Assembly: GCF_000315625.1 (NCBI RefSeq) | Contig: NW_005434634.1 | Location: 35,110-79,145 of the forward strand | DNA length: 44,036 bases | From: Guillardia theta CCMP2712 | Lineage: Eukaryota > Protista > Cryptophyta | Direction: 5' to 3' | Shown: positions 11,911-23,153 of the stretch, one piece after another | How the letters are laid out: each line of letters starts with the position of its first letter | How positions within the stretch are numbered: position 1 is the first letter of the stretch | Notes under the pieces: generated by a model | Told to the model about the DNA's origin: nothing | Databases searched by the model: none | The model's input: only the letters and a program-made list of their open reading frames with translations | Position numbers and translations under genes: made by a program

Positions 11911-12254
11911 CACAGGGACATGACATGCAAAAAATGCTCTGAAGAGGCTTGAGGATGCGAGGAGGAGAAGGGGGGGAGGGGGGAGGGGGGGAGGAGGAGG
12001 AGGAGGAGGAGGAAGATTCATGATCAAGATCCGATCAAGATGAGTGTGATGAGGATAGGAAGCATGTTAGAAACTCGATCGGGGAAGGTTGCAAGAATGA
12101 GAACGAGATATATAAACGAGTCCTGCAACCAACGATGATGGTACTGTGAACGGAGATGGCAGTGATGAGATGCGGGAATAGTCCAGTGAATTCGTGACTC
12201 GCAATATTCTGCAGAACCATCGTACATCCTGTATCGTATGCATCACCCTCAAAC

Positions 12255-13549
12255 ATGAGAAGTGGCGACGACAAGATTTACGAAAAATCCTCGCTGCTTC
12301 CGACCACAGTGAGTTAAATTTCACACAACAACAACATGCTGAGCAAGTTCCTTCCCAGGCATCGCTGAATAGCAAGAGAGTTGCGATCGGAGCAGCTGTG
12401 ATCACCCTAGTCATCGTGATAGCTGTCCTGGCCTTGACCTCCTCTTCATCCAATGGCGCCTCCTCCGTCCCACTACAGGATGATACCAAAGCAGGGGGCT
12501 ACCTCAAGGACGGCAAGGAGTTCTCCATAGGAGCAGTCAGCTCAACCCATTTTCTCGCCTCTGAAGCAGGGTACCAGACTCTGAGGGAGGGAGGAAACGC
12601 TGTGGATGCCGCGGCGGTCATGCAGTTTGTTCTCAATGTGGTTCAGCCGCAGTCGACAGGGATAGGAGGCGGGTGTTTCGTGCTGCTCTACAACTCGAGC
12701 ACGGGAGAAGCAAGCGCGTTGGACGGGAGGGAAGAGGCTCCTTCCTCCTTCCACGAGAACGCGTTCTGTGGCGATGCCGCATGCGGGGTTGGGCCTTGCA
12801 ACTGCACAGGAGGGTTGATGGGGACGTACAGCGAGAGAGTAGGGAGCGGGTTTGCGGTCGGAGCTCCGGGAGTCGTGGCGGCGATGGAGAAAATGCTGGA
12901 GGAGAAGGGGACGATGAAGTTGTCTGAGGTTGTGAAGCCAGCGGTCAAGCTCGCTAGAGACGGGTTTCCAATGTATGAACATCTCCGCAGTAAGATCCAG
13001 GTTGTTGTTGTTGAGGAGGGAGGGAGGGGGAGGGAGGGGAGGAGAGGAGAAGTTGTCAGAGGTGGTGGTGGAGAAGGAGGGAGAGGATTGGTGGCGGCGA
13101 GGAAGGAGGAGGAGGAGGAGGAGGAGGAGGAGGAGGAGGAGGAGGAGGAGGAGGAGGAGGAGGAGGAGGAGGAGGAGGAGGAGGAGGAGGAGGAGGAGGA
13201 GGAGGAGGAGGNNNNNNNNNNNNNNNNNNNNNNNNNNNNNNNNNNNNNNNNNNNNNNNNNNNNNNNNNNNNNNNNNNNNNNNNNNNNNNNNNNNNNNNNN
13301 NNNNNNNNNNNGAGGAGGAGGAGGAGGAGGAGGAGGAGGAGGAGGAGGAGGAGGAGGAGGAGATTACATTGACGAGTGATGTCAGGCGGCTATTCCTAGA
13401 CTGAGAAATCACGAAGCAAGCTGTAAACTCTTCCTCAATAGCAAATGTGACGCACCGAAATTGAAGGTCGGAGGCAATGACGATGATGGTGGTGGATATG
13501 ATGATCATTGAGATGATGATGCTTGAGATGTAGATGATGTAGGAGGTTC

Positions 13550-13590
<41 letters not shown>

Positions 13591-13597
13591 GTGGTGG

Positions 13598-13638
<41 letters not shown>

Positions 13639-13663
13639 GTGGTGATGATGATGATGGTGGTGG

Positions 13664-13704
<41 letters not shown>

Positions 13705-15288
13705 GTGGTGGTGATGATGACGGTGATGATGACGACGACGATGACGATGACGAAACAAGACTTTTTTCATTGTTGTTGCTACTTTTGTGATCGCCCAGTG
13801 ATATCAAAGAATTGAGGAAGCATATGATTGAACATAACGTGGCAGAACGGAGAAATTTTCAAGAATCCAGACCTTGCGAATACCTTGGAGGCGCTGGGAA
13901 AGCAAGGGAGTCAACTTTTCTATCAAGGTCAAATAGGAAGAGACATTGTTGATACGGTACAATTACCATCTTTCACCATCATTGCAGCGAGTTACATGTT
14001 GGTTCGTGCAGTTGAGAAGTTCCGGTCCCCCAAAGACTATCAGAGCTGGTTTGTTGACGATGGAAGATCTTTCAAATTACAAGTATGTTCTGAATGTGTA
14101 TCATATCACATTCACCTTACATTTGAGTTGCAGGGCAGTTTGGAGGAGAGTGGTTAACACAACCTATCGAGGATATCAGGTGTGAAGAAGGAGAAATTCG
14201 TTTCAGATGCTGAAAAATTGCTGTTGTTCCTCTTCTTTCGCGTTTTTTCTTTCTGTTGTCTTTGCTTTTCTCTTCCTTTCTCTCGTCATCGTCTCTTCCC
14301 CTCGTTGTCTCTCCCTCCTGCTTGTCCTCCTCCTCCTCCTCCTCCTCCTCTTACCTGTCCTCCTCCTCCTCCTCCCACTCTCTCTTCCCTGATGTCATTA
14401 CTCAGGTGTTGGGGATGAGCCCGCCGTCGGCAGGAGGAGTGACGATGGCGAACGCTCTCAACGTCATGGAAGGGTTTGACTTGAAGAGCATGCCGAAGCA
14501 CGGCGTAGAGAATCTGCACCGTATGATCGATGGGATGAACATGGGTGAGATATTGTTTCAGGAGAGGGAGAAAGGTTACCTGGTTCGAGTTTCAAAGTCT
14601 GTTTTCTGTTCAGTTTGTCATCATTGTATATCATTGGATTGCCCTTGTCTTTGTACTCGCACCTGTGCTGATTCCAAGGTGTACATTTTTGATTTTTCAT
14701 CGACATGTTTGTCTTGTTCTCATCTCCGATCGTCTCCATCTGATCAGCTTGCTCAGCATGGGCGGACAGGAACAAATATCTTGCTGATTCCGACTGGGTT
14801 GACATCCCAGTGAGATATGAAAACGACGAGTACTGTCAGCAGTTTACCAGCAGCTCGACCTGTCCGATTGGATGCGGGTGGGAAATGCAAGACGGAGGGT
14901 CGGAGGAGGGGAAGTTTGCAATGAGCGGAGGGAGGCAAATTTCAGGATGTAGAGCCATAGGGTTGTTGAGCAAGGATTATGCGAATGCGCGAAGAGATCG
15001 GTTCAGCAATCTGTTTAGGTGATGATGTTGAGATTGAGAACTGACAAGCTTCGCTGATGTTATGAGTAGGATTGCTCCTGTTCCCCTGCCTCCTGGCAAT
15101 TTCAGCAAGATCTCTGATGATACTTGGCTTGCTGATTACAAGGACAAGTTGGTGCTTGCTGGGTTAGTGTGAGGGAGTTTGAGAGGTTTGCAGAGTTGGG
15201 ACAACACACCTTTCGATCGTTGACAGGTGATGATGATGATGATGATGATGGAGATGATGATGATGATGATGATGAAGATGATGATGGA

Positions 15289-15352
<64 letters not shown>

Positions 15353-15921
15353 ATGATGATGATGATGATGATGATGATTATGGCGATGATGATGATGGTG
15401 AAGATGATGATGATGGAGTTGGAGATGATGATGCTGCTGAGGCTGATGATGATGATGATGATGGAAATTTTGGTGGTGGCGGCGGAGGGTTGGTGGTGGT
15501 TGCTGTTGATGATGAAGTAGATGGGGTAACATGATTTCGATGACAACAACTATCGAAGAAAACTTGGGAACTGGAATAGTTGTCAACGGTGATAGGGGAA
15601 GGCGGAAGGAGGAGGAGGAGGANNNNNNNNNNNNNNNNNNNNNNNNNNNNNNNNNNNNNNNNNNNNNNNNNNNNNNNNNNNNNNNNNNNNNNNNNNNNNN
15701 NNNNNNNNNNNNNNNNNNNNNNCTCTGCTCCTGCCCCTTCTCTCTTCCTACAGCTTGCTGCACTAATTCTCCACCTCGTTTGTCTTGTCCTCTCCTTCCT
15801 CCTTGCGGTCGCTCATCGTCATTTTCTTCTCTCCTCCAAGTTTTGCCTCCTCTCACTTCTCCTCTGCAGTTTCGGTGGAAAGAGGCCAAGATCCTCAATG
15901 ACCCCGACGATCGGTAGCTCC

Positions 15922-15956
<35 letters not shown>

Positions 15957-16309
15957 CGCTCCCGCTCCTGCTCCTGCTCCTGCTCCCGCTCCCGCTCCCG
16001 CTCCCGCTCCTGCTCCTGCTCCCGCTGCTCCAGCTCTTACTCCTCTCTCCTATCCCCTCTCCCTCCCTCCCTTCTTCCTGCCCCTCATTCACCAGCCTCT
16101 CTCCCTTCCTGCTCCTGCTCGTGCTGCTCCTCTACCTTCTCTCAGATCTTTCGCAGTTCTCACCCCGGACGGCAAGCCCTACCTCGCTATCGGCACACCG
16201 GGAGGAGGAAGAATAACCTACACAGTCTTCAATGCGCTCCTCGCCATCCTCGACCGCAAGGAGACGCTCAAGGTCTCCAGGCTCCTTCCTGCCCCTGCCC
16301 CAGCCCCTT

Positions 16310-16363
<54 letters not shown>

Positions 16364-16535
16364 TCTTCCATCTTCTGCACCTGCTCCTCCTGTCTCTCTT
16401 GTCATTCCTTCTTCCTCTCCTCGTGCTTCCTCCTTTCCCTCTCTCGACTGAAGGTTGTGCGACAGGAAGCAATCGATGCCCCCCGATGCATCTCAATGAA
16501 CGGCGTGACAGAGCTCGAGTCAGGTGAGCGAAGCC

Positions 16536-16613
<78 letters not shown>

Positions 16614-16870
16614 GCTGCTGCCGCTGCTGCTGCTGCTGCTGCTGCTGCTGCCGCTGCCGCCGCTGATATTTCTCAGCGTACAACTGCAACTGCTCTGCAG
16701 CTCTACCAGACGACCTCTACCTCGTCAGCGCTCTTCGTGCCCGCGGCCTTCGCTTCACCACCTCCCCCTCCTCCTCCACCTCCCCTACCTTGAAGCCGCA
16801 CTCCTCCTCCCCGACGGCTCCATCTCCTGCTATGCTGACCAGCAACGAATGCAAACAGCGCAGGGTGAGT
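12255..16870 (+). CDS. GGT: Gamma-glutamyltranspeptidase (glutathione hydrolase), type II membrane anchor, multi-exon; 3' end uncertain, spans two assembly gaps
   Basis: Motifs GGNAVDAA, VVQPQSTGIGGG, DGREEAP, PAVKLARDGF, NPDLANTLE, YRGY, MSPPSAGG, the autocleavage site GTTHLSIVD (~15198-15225), SMTTTIEENLG, KRPRSSMTPTI, IGTPGGGRI and EAIDAPR. First exon 12255-12308 splices in frame to the TM-anchor exon. Confidence 0.93.
13105..13750. repeat. Intronic microsatellites (GGA)n and (GAT/GGT)n with an assembly gap at 13212-13311
   Basis: Directly visible trinucleotide arrays inside GGT introns. Confidence 0.95.
15228..16665. repeat. Intronic microsatellites (GAT)n, (GCTCCT)n, (GCT)n in GGT; gap at 15623-15722
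   Basis: Arrays at ~15228-15465, ~15921-16030, ~16311-16362 and ~16538-16665, each just after a GT donor. Confidence 0.9.
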
Positions 16871-16880
16871 CTCGTGCGAC

Positions 16881-16935
16881 CTGACCTGACCTGACCTGAC
16901 CTGACCTGACCTGACCTGACCTGACCTGACCTGAC
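16881..16935 (+). repeat. (CTGAC)11 pentanucleotide array
   Basis: 11 perfect CTGAC copies followed by CTGTC x2, inside a putative intron (GTGAGT at 16865, AG at 16985). Confidence 0.95.
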
Positions 16936-17084
16936 CTGTCCTGTCCTGAATTCTTCTCTCTTCATCTTACTTTTCTCGTCATCAGCGTTCTGTCACGGCA
17001 AACTCGACAAGAGCGGCTGGAGGAAGTGAAAGGGAGGAAAACAGAGCATGTGAGAAATACAAGTAAACAAGTGAATCAAGTCGT

Positions 17085-19874
17085 TCATAACTTCTTGGTC
17101 CCTCCCCCCCCCGCTCCTCCTCCTCCTCCTCCTCTGCCCCGCCTCCCTTTCTTTGCCTCCCTCTCCTCCCCTCTAAAGTTTCTCCTCTCCTCCTCCCTTG
17201 CGCTCTTGGGGAGTCGCAAGATGAGGAGGACAGCATTGACGGGTACCTGAAAGAAGACGCGGAGAATCCTGCAGAGGATGATTCAGAGTTGAGGGGAGGC
17301 AACTTTGAGGACAGGGTAGATGAAGAAAGGAGGGAGGAGGGAGGAGGGAGGAGGGAGGAGGGAGGAGGGAGGAGGGAGGAGGGAGGAGGGAGGAGGGAGG
17401 AGGGCGGGAAGAACGTGAAGGCGTGATGAATGGAAATGAGATGAGGAAGGAGAATGGAGGAAGGGGGGAGGGGGGAGGAGCAGGAAGGAGGGATGAAGGA
17501 GGAGGGAGGAAGGATGAAAGAGGAAGGACTAGACAACAAGGAGGGAAAGAGGAGCGTTGGAAGAGGAAGTGGAGACCTGTCGATGTAGTGCTCGTGGAAG
17601 CTCAGGGAATTACAAGGAAGGAAACCAGCCTTCATGTAGAGACTAAGAGCATGAGAGTTGTTCTCCTGCTACATGCTTCAGTCCTGTCCCTCCCTCCCTC
17701 CAACGTTCTTCTCCTGTCCCAACCCTCCTCCTCTATCCCCTCCTTGCCTCTCAACTCACTACCACCACAACCTACTCCTCCTATCCCTCTCCCTCCCTCC
17801 CTTCTTCCTCCTCTTCCTCTCCCTCCCTCCCTTCTTCCCTCTCTCCATCTCTCTTCTCCTACTGTGTTGCACGCTCTACTTTGAGCTATCCACCCGCTTT
17901 CCCTTCCCCCCCCCCCCCCTCCTCACAACACAACCTCCTCCTTCCTCCTCCCGTCCCACCTGTACATGCAAGTAGATTGACTCGACTGCTCCATCCTCTG
18001 CCGCTAGAGACTCCGCGTCCAGAAGAAGAGCATTTCCAACGCCGTGACGACGAAATTCTTCCCTAAAAATGGAGTGAGGTGAGCAAAAGAAGATTTACAA
18101 CATCTCAAGAAACAATTGACTTGAACATCTCCATCCTCCACCATCGTTTCGATACGGATCTCTCATCATCATCATCACCACCACCACTACCACCACCACC
18201 ATCGTCATCATCTCTTCGTCATCGTCGTCGGTGGCCTCCTCCTCCTCCTCCTCCTCCTCCTCCTCATCGTCATCATCATCATCATCGCCGTCGTCATCAT
18301 CATCATCAATCGTCATCATCATCATCATCGTCATCGTCATCATCTCCTTATCTCATTCTCATTCTATTTCTCTTCCTTCCTCCTTATCACCTGACGCTCA
18401 TCGAAGACAAGTAGATCCAGCTTCCCAGCAAGCTGCTCTTGTTGAACGACGCATGTGTAATCACGTCGAGAGATCCAAGAACAACTTCGGGATGAAACAT
18501 CTGCCATAACAACAAGGAATTGAAGAAGTAAAATGTCTGACATATCTCAGATGTGAGATTCTATACTTGACTTGTCATTGCCGTTCTCCTCTTCTCGTAC
18601 TCTTTTTTTGTGCACAGACCTGAAGAAGGCGTTAAGAACCTCCTTCACAATTTCTTTATCATCATCGTCTCATTTTTGTGTTCCCCTTCAAACTGGGCGG
18701 GAGGAGGAGGAGAAGGGGCGAACAAGGAAGGAAGAATAGAAGAAACAACAAGGGGGAAGGAGTAGTAGGAAGAAGGAGTAGAAAGGAGGGAGGAGGGAAA
18801 AAGAGGAGAAGTAGGAAGGAGAAAGAGGAGGGAGGAGGGAGGAGGGAAGATGAGGAGAAAGGAGTCAAGAGAGAGAATATTTTCAGCTTCATCTTTCACC
18901 CACCCAGTTGGAAGGACTCATTCAAATCACTTTGCATCATCTCCGTTGCCAGCCTGATCACCATCAAGACAGAAGTTGACATCATGAACAAACAAGGTCC
19001 TTTCATACCTCTCCAGCTCCACAGATCGACAGCGAGCGGCTGCTACACGATATCGTGTCTTGTAGCTGCAATGCATCAGTGAGATTCAAGACAGGAATAT
19101 ATCTCTGCTGTTATGATCGTTAGATAAGCTCAACAACACATCCAAGTGTCAATCAGTTCGACCATGCGTTCAACATGGTTCGAGCAAATCTTTCAGTCGT
19201 CTTCTAGTTTGTTTCTCTCTCAAACATTCGAGGAGGAAAGGAGGACATGTTGTAAATTTACCTTCCTCCAATCCATTCTCTCAGCCTGTCGATGTAATTC
19301 TTGCTCTTTGCACTGACAGGAAGATTATGATATGCCATACTGTCTCGTCCAAACGACTTGCAACGCAAATGAGCGATGGCCTGAAAGTGACGATCATCAG
19401 ATTTATCAAACAAACTTCATGTAAGACATAGCGGTCTCCATGTCAGACATTCAAATCGCACGCTCCTCCCATCGTATCTACCCTTAAAAAGATACTTCTA
19501 CCTTGTAACACTTTGCAACATGTACACCCTCTTTCACTCACCTCTACATCTTCCAACGTCGCTTCTTTGACTTCGATTGCAATGGATCCACTCAAAAAGT
19601 TCTCATCAAACATGCGCCAGAGAGCATCGTGATGGGAAGAGTTGGTAAATTTCTTCTCATCTCCTCTGCTCGCTTCACTTTCCCGTGCTCTCCTCATGAC
19701 AAATTTCCTTGTCATCTTCGTTCCATGTCTGACATGGCAATCGCAATGATTACATGATCTGCTCACTGCCATGCCATTTCTCGCAAGTGTTTGTGTTGGC
19801 AGCGACGAAAATGCGGAAAGGACCAAGAAAGTTTCACTGCACAGTAGAAAGAAAAACAAGAGCTCGACGATCAT
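17085..19874 (-). CDS. GNAT-family N-acetyltransferase with bipartite plastid presequence, multi-exon
   Basis: N-terminus MIVELLFFFLLCSETFLVLSA-FSSLP (signal peptide + F). Exons IEVKEATLEDVE-AIAHLRCKSF, WIYLSSMSVR-EEFRRHGVGNALLLDAE...IYLHVQ-ENNSHALSLYMKAGF carry GNAT motifs A and B. The last exon is tentative. Confidence 0.82.
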
Positions 19875-20489
19875 GGTGGGTGAAGTAAGTGAGAGTGGCA
19901 TCTCAACGACTTTACATGTCGTGATCTCTTGACTTGGTCATCTTCATAACTTCAAGCACCTTCGCTTTGTCCGATCATGCGAGTTCCGTTCAAATTTCAT
20001 TTCCCCAATACAAAGCCTTGCCAACATCTTGCTTTTCACACACCTCTTGTCATACATCATTCTACCCTTTGTGCTTCATGTTAACCTTGATCTTCCTCTC
20101 CTACCATCTCCTCTTGTTCAGTCTCCTCCGCCTGCCTCTCCTCTCCCCTCCTCTCCTCTCCCTTCGCACTCCTCCGTCCCTCTCCCCGACACTCTGGCCC
20201 CCGAATTTGGAACTACCCCCTCATGACTTATTCTCCATTACCTACCCTACCAAGTTAGATGTAAAATAGGGGGGAAAGGGGGATCTTGTGACCACCCTAC
20301 CCCCTGGATGATTTAGCCAAGAAACAAGGTGGATGATGCTGATGACGATGTTGTCGTTGAGCTGATCTGGTGGTGGTGGTGATGAATTCGTCTTCGTCAT
20401 CACCACCATAACACATAAGGTTTTCATCGAATGATGATGACGAGGACAGCAACGGTGTGATGGCATTCATCTAGAAGAAGCGCATCCAA

Positions 20490-21807
20490 ATCTAACTCTG
20501 TCTACCTGATCTCCTTTCCCCTTGCTTCCTCCTCTCTGTATCATTGGAAGCTTGAGCCTTCCCAGTGTTACTGCAGTCGGTCGAGTTTGACTCGTTCAAT
20601 TTAGCATTGATGTGGTTCGTCAACGGCTCAACCAACCTGGGACATGAAGTTACGATCATCAAATATTCTTGAAAACTCAACAGAGTTACCAGGAAAGATT
20701 CGATTCTCCAAAGATGTCTTCAATGCTGTTTGCATCTTGCAACAGACTCGAGATCTGTGAAACATTGTTCGTCTCGGTCAAGCATGAAGGCAATCTTCGT
20801 CTCTGGTCACCTGAGGGTCGGAGAGGAATGATTCGCTGATATCACTGTAGAGGTTGGGAATCGCAGCTGAATCTGCTTGCTCGGTGTTTTCTTTAGCTAA
20901 AATTTGATCCAGCCAATCAACACCCAACTTAAGGTGGAAATCTGACCAATTAAAAAAGAACTTACCTGTTTCAGTAATTTGTTTGGGCTTTTCGTGAGAG
21001 ACTGCAACGTCCTCGGTGGTTGTTTGTTGCACAGGCTGTACGTCCACCGTTGTTCTCGAGACTTTCCTTCTCTTATTGCTGAGGGTAAGCAGTCAATCCC
21101 CTCCAAAGCAACTGTCTGGCGTCCACTACCTTTCCTGTACAGTCTGAGTTTCTATTCTTTCTGAAAGCATGCAGTCAGTGAAGTTAGAGGAAAGCTATAT
21201 CACAACTTGAGGGATCAAAATCACCTTTCAAATCTTCACAGCTCTTCGGCTTCGATGGATGGGACAATCCACCCATTTGCAAAGATCGCATTATCTTGTA
21301 GTCCTCCAACAATCTCGCCATGTTCTCCATCACCTGACAGAGCAAAGGCGTCATGCTGCAATCCTGTAAAGGATCGTACGAGGTAGCGATGTACGCAAGG
21401 CAAACCTACATTGGATACATGGTTTGCTGTGTTTGGATCATTCCTTTTACGTCGCCATAGGTCAGGTATGGTGAAACAGAAGGTAGGTAGACTAACATGT
21501 ACATTGAGGAAATCTTTTCCCTTTGTTGCTTTTCTTCCTTCAGAGCAACATATTCTTCCTACGAGCTGAGTCAGGTAGGCTGCATTCAACTCTGTAGAGC
21601 AACCAAAATGGAACACAGATTCTTGACCCCCTTCCTGCCAGGTCGAATCGAGGACAGAGTTTCCCTTGCCTCGTGCTCAAACCACTTGATGGTGTTTGGA
21701 AATTTATCCTTATCTTGCCGAAGAAATCCTAGGACGAGGTGCGAGATCTCGGCTCGGCGCATAGCTTGGGGATCAGAGAAATCGGTCTTGCGGTGTGCAT
21801 CAGCCAT
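20490..21807 (-). CDS. LisH-domain protein with NPAT/Mxc-like N-terminus, multi-exon; 3' end approximate
   Basis: RAEISHLVLGFLRQDKDKFPNTIKWFEHEA is a LisH motif. A 45 nt intron (21559-21603) joins KNLCSIL to EEYVALKEEK, resembling NPAT 'ARLVLGYL...KNLTTILNEYVAMK'. Confidence 0.65.
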
Positions 21808-22149
21808 ACTTGGTGGTCAAGGAATCTGGGAAGAACAGTCAGACCATGTGAGATTGATTCTTTCTCTTCAAACAACACAAATCGTTGGTGACCCCAATCT
21901 TGGCATTTAAACATTATCAAGTTCTCGACACATCATATTATCCCTTCCTCTCATCCTCTTAGCCATTGTCTCCGCTCCCCTCTGCTCTGCTCTGCTCTGC
22001 TCTGCTCTGGCTGCCATTCTACAGCTTTTTCCCCCGCCAAATCTCCCAGCATTCGGATGAATGGATACGAGTGGGGAAGAGGGTCCCGTCCGGCCGCTGG
22101 CATTATACTTGAGGAGTCGACTAGTACTTTTCAGTCAATAAAAGAGTTG

Positions 22150-22530
22150 ACATTTTGTACGGGGGGGTGGGGTGATACCCGGAATGATATGGAGAGGGTA
22201 GGGTATTGATTGAAATCTCAAGGGTGGGTAAAGCAAGTACACAAATAGTTGATTTTCACCGGGGAATCGGGGGTACTGGCACAGACGGTAGGTACACTTC
22301 GTCATGGTAGGGTACTATGGAGGAATTCTATACGGGTAGGGTATGAAAATGTCTTCTACGACCAATGAAGACGGTGGGGTGGGGTAGTCAGAGTGTCCTC
22401 TGTCAGGGGTGGGTAGTACAACAGATTGTCCAAATCTTCATAGAAGGTGGGGTGATTTTCAGGTCAAATAAGGGGGTATGGTAGATAAAGAGGGGACAGG
22501 GAGGGGGTACGGTGTGACGGCACCGGGTGG
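22150..22530 (+). promoter_or_regulatory. GGGGTA-rich intergenic block between the divergent LisH gene and the channel gene
   Basis: Many GGGTA/GGGGTG runs on the + strand; non-coding. Confidence 0.45.
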
Positions 22531-23153
22531 TTGCGGTTAAAATGCTCGCAAAAGTAAATTGAGACTTGATGAGCGTCTGTAGGAGAGTGAAGGAGGAGAG
22601 TGAAGGAGAGGAGAGGAGAGGAGAGGAGAGGAGAGGAGAGGAGAGGATGCAATGATAGAGAAGAGGAGGACACGGTGACTTGATAGGATGAGGGCGAAGA
22701 TAGGTGACAAGAGCGAGATGAAAGCCAGGCAACTGAATCTCCAACAGATGAATCGTGTTTGCCGAAGAAGTGCATGATGAGAGATAGATCAACAATGGGC
22801 TGAGGGTTTAGGGCTTAGGGGTCTCCGGAGAGTTGCCTACACAGGGTCTGAGCACCAAGTTGCAGGAAGATTTTGTTGAAATTGACGTAATGCTTTTGCT
22901 TACTGTATTCCTGAATCAGGAGTGAAGAATCAGATGTTCGGAATGCGACAGCTCGTTGAACCTTGGCATGGGCTTTTGTCCACAGTTGATGACGCTGACG
23001 AGTCACACTAGATTGATGCGAGCACGATCAAGGATTCAGACTTGCTGCTCCGAGTTCTTGAGGTCTGAATGACTTTACCGTGCATGCGTCATGCAGTCCT
23101 CAGCAGCTAAGGTTCTGGTTCTCTGAGCTCCAATCCAGCTGGTTGGCATCAGT

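Noticed and set aside
13056-18509. Poly-His, poly-Met, poly-Asp, poly-Ala and poly-Pro ORFs
   Set aside because: These are translations of intronic microsatellites in GGT/GNAT introns, bounded by GT-AG sites.
20470-20505. ELDLDALL resembling the NPAT C-terminal 'DVDKFL' motif
   Set aside because: It needs an unsupported splice to be in frame, and the match is too short.
22797-22822. Telomere-like TTTAGGG/TTAGGG seeds
   Set aside because: Only two degenerate units, compatible with chance in a G-rich region.
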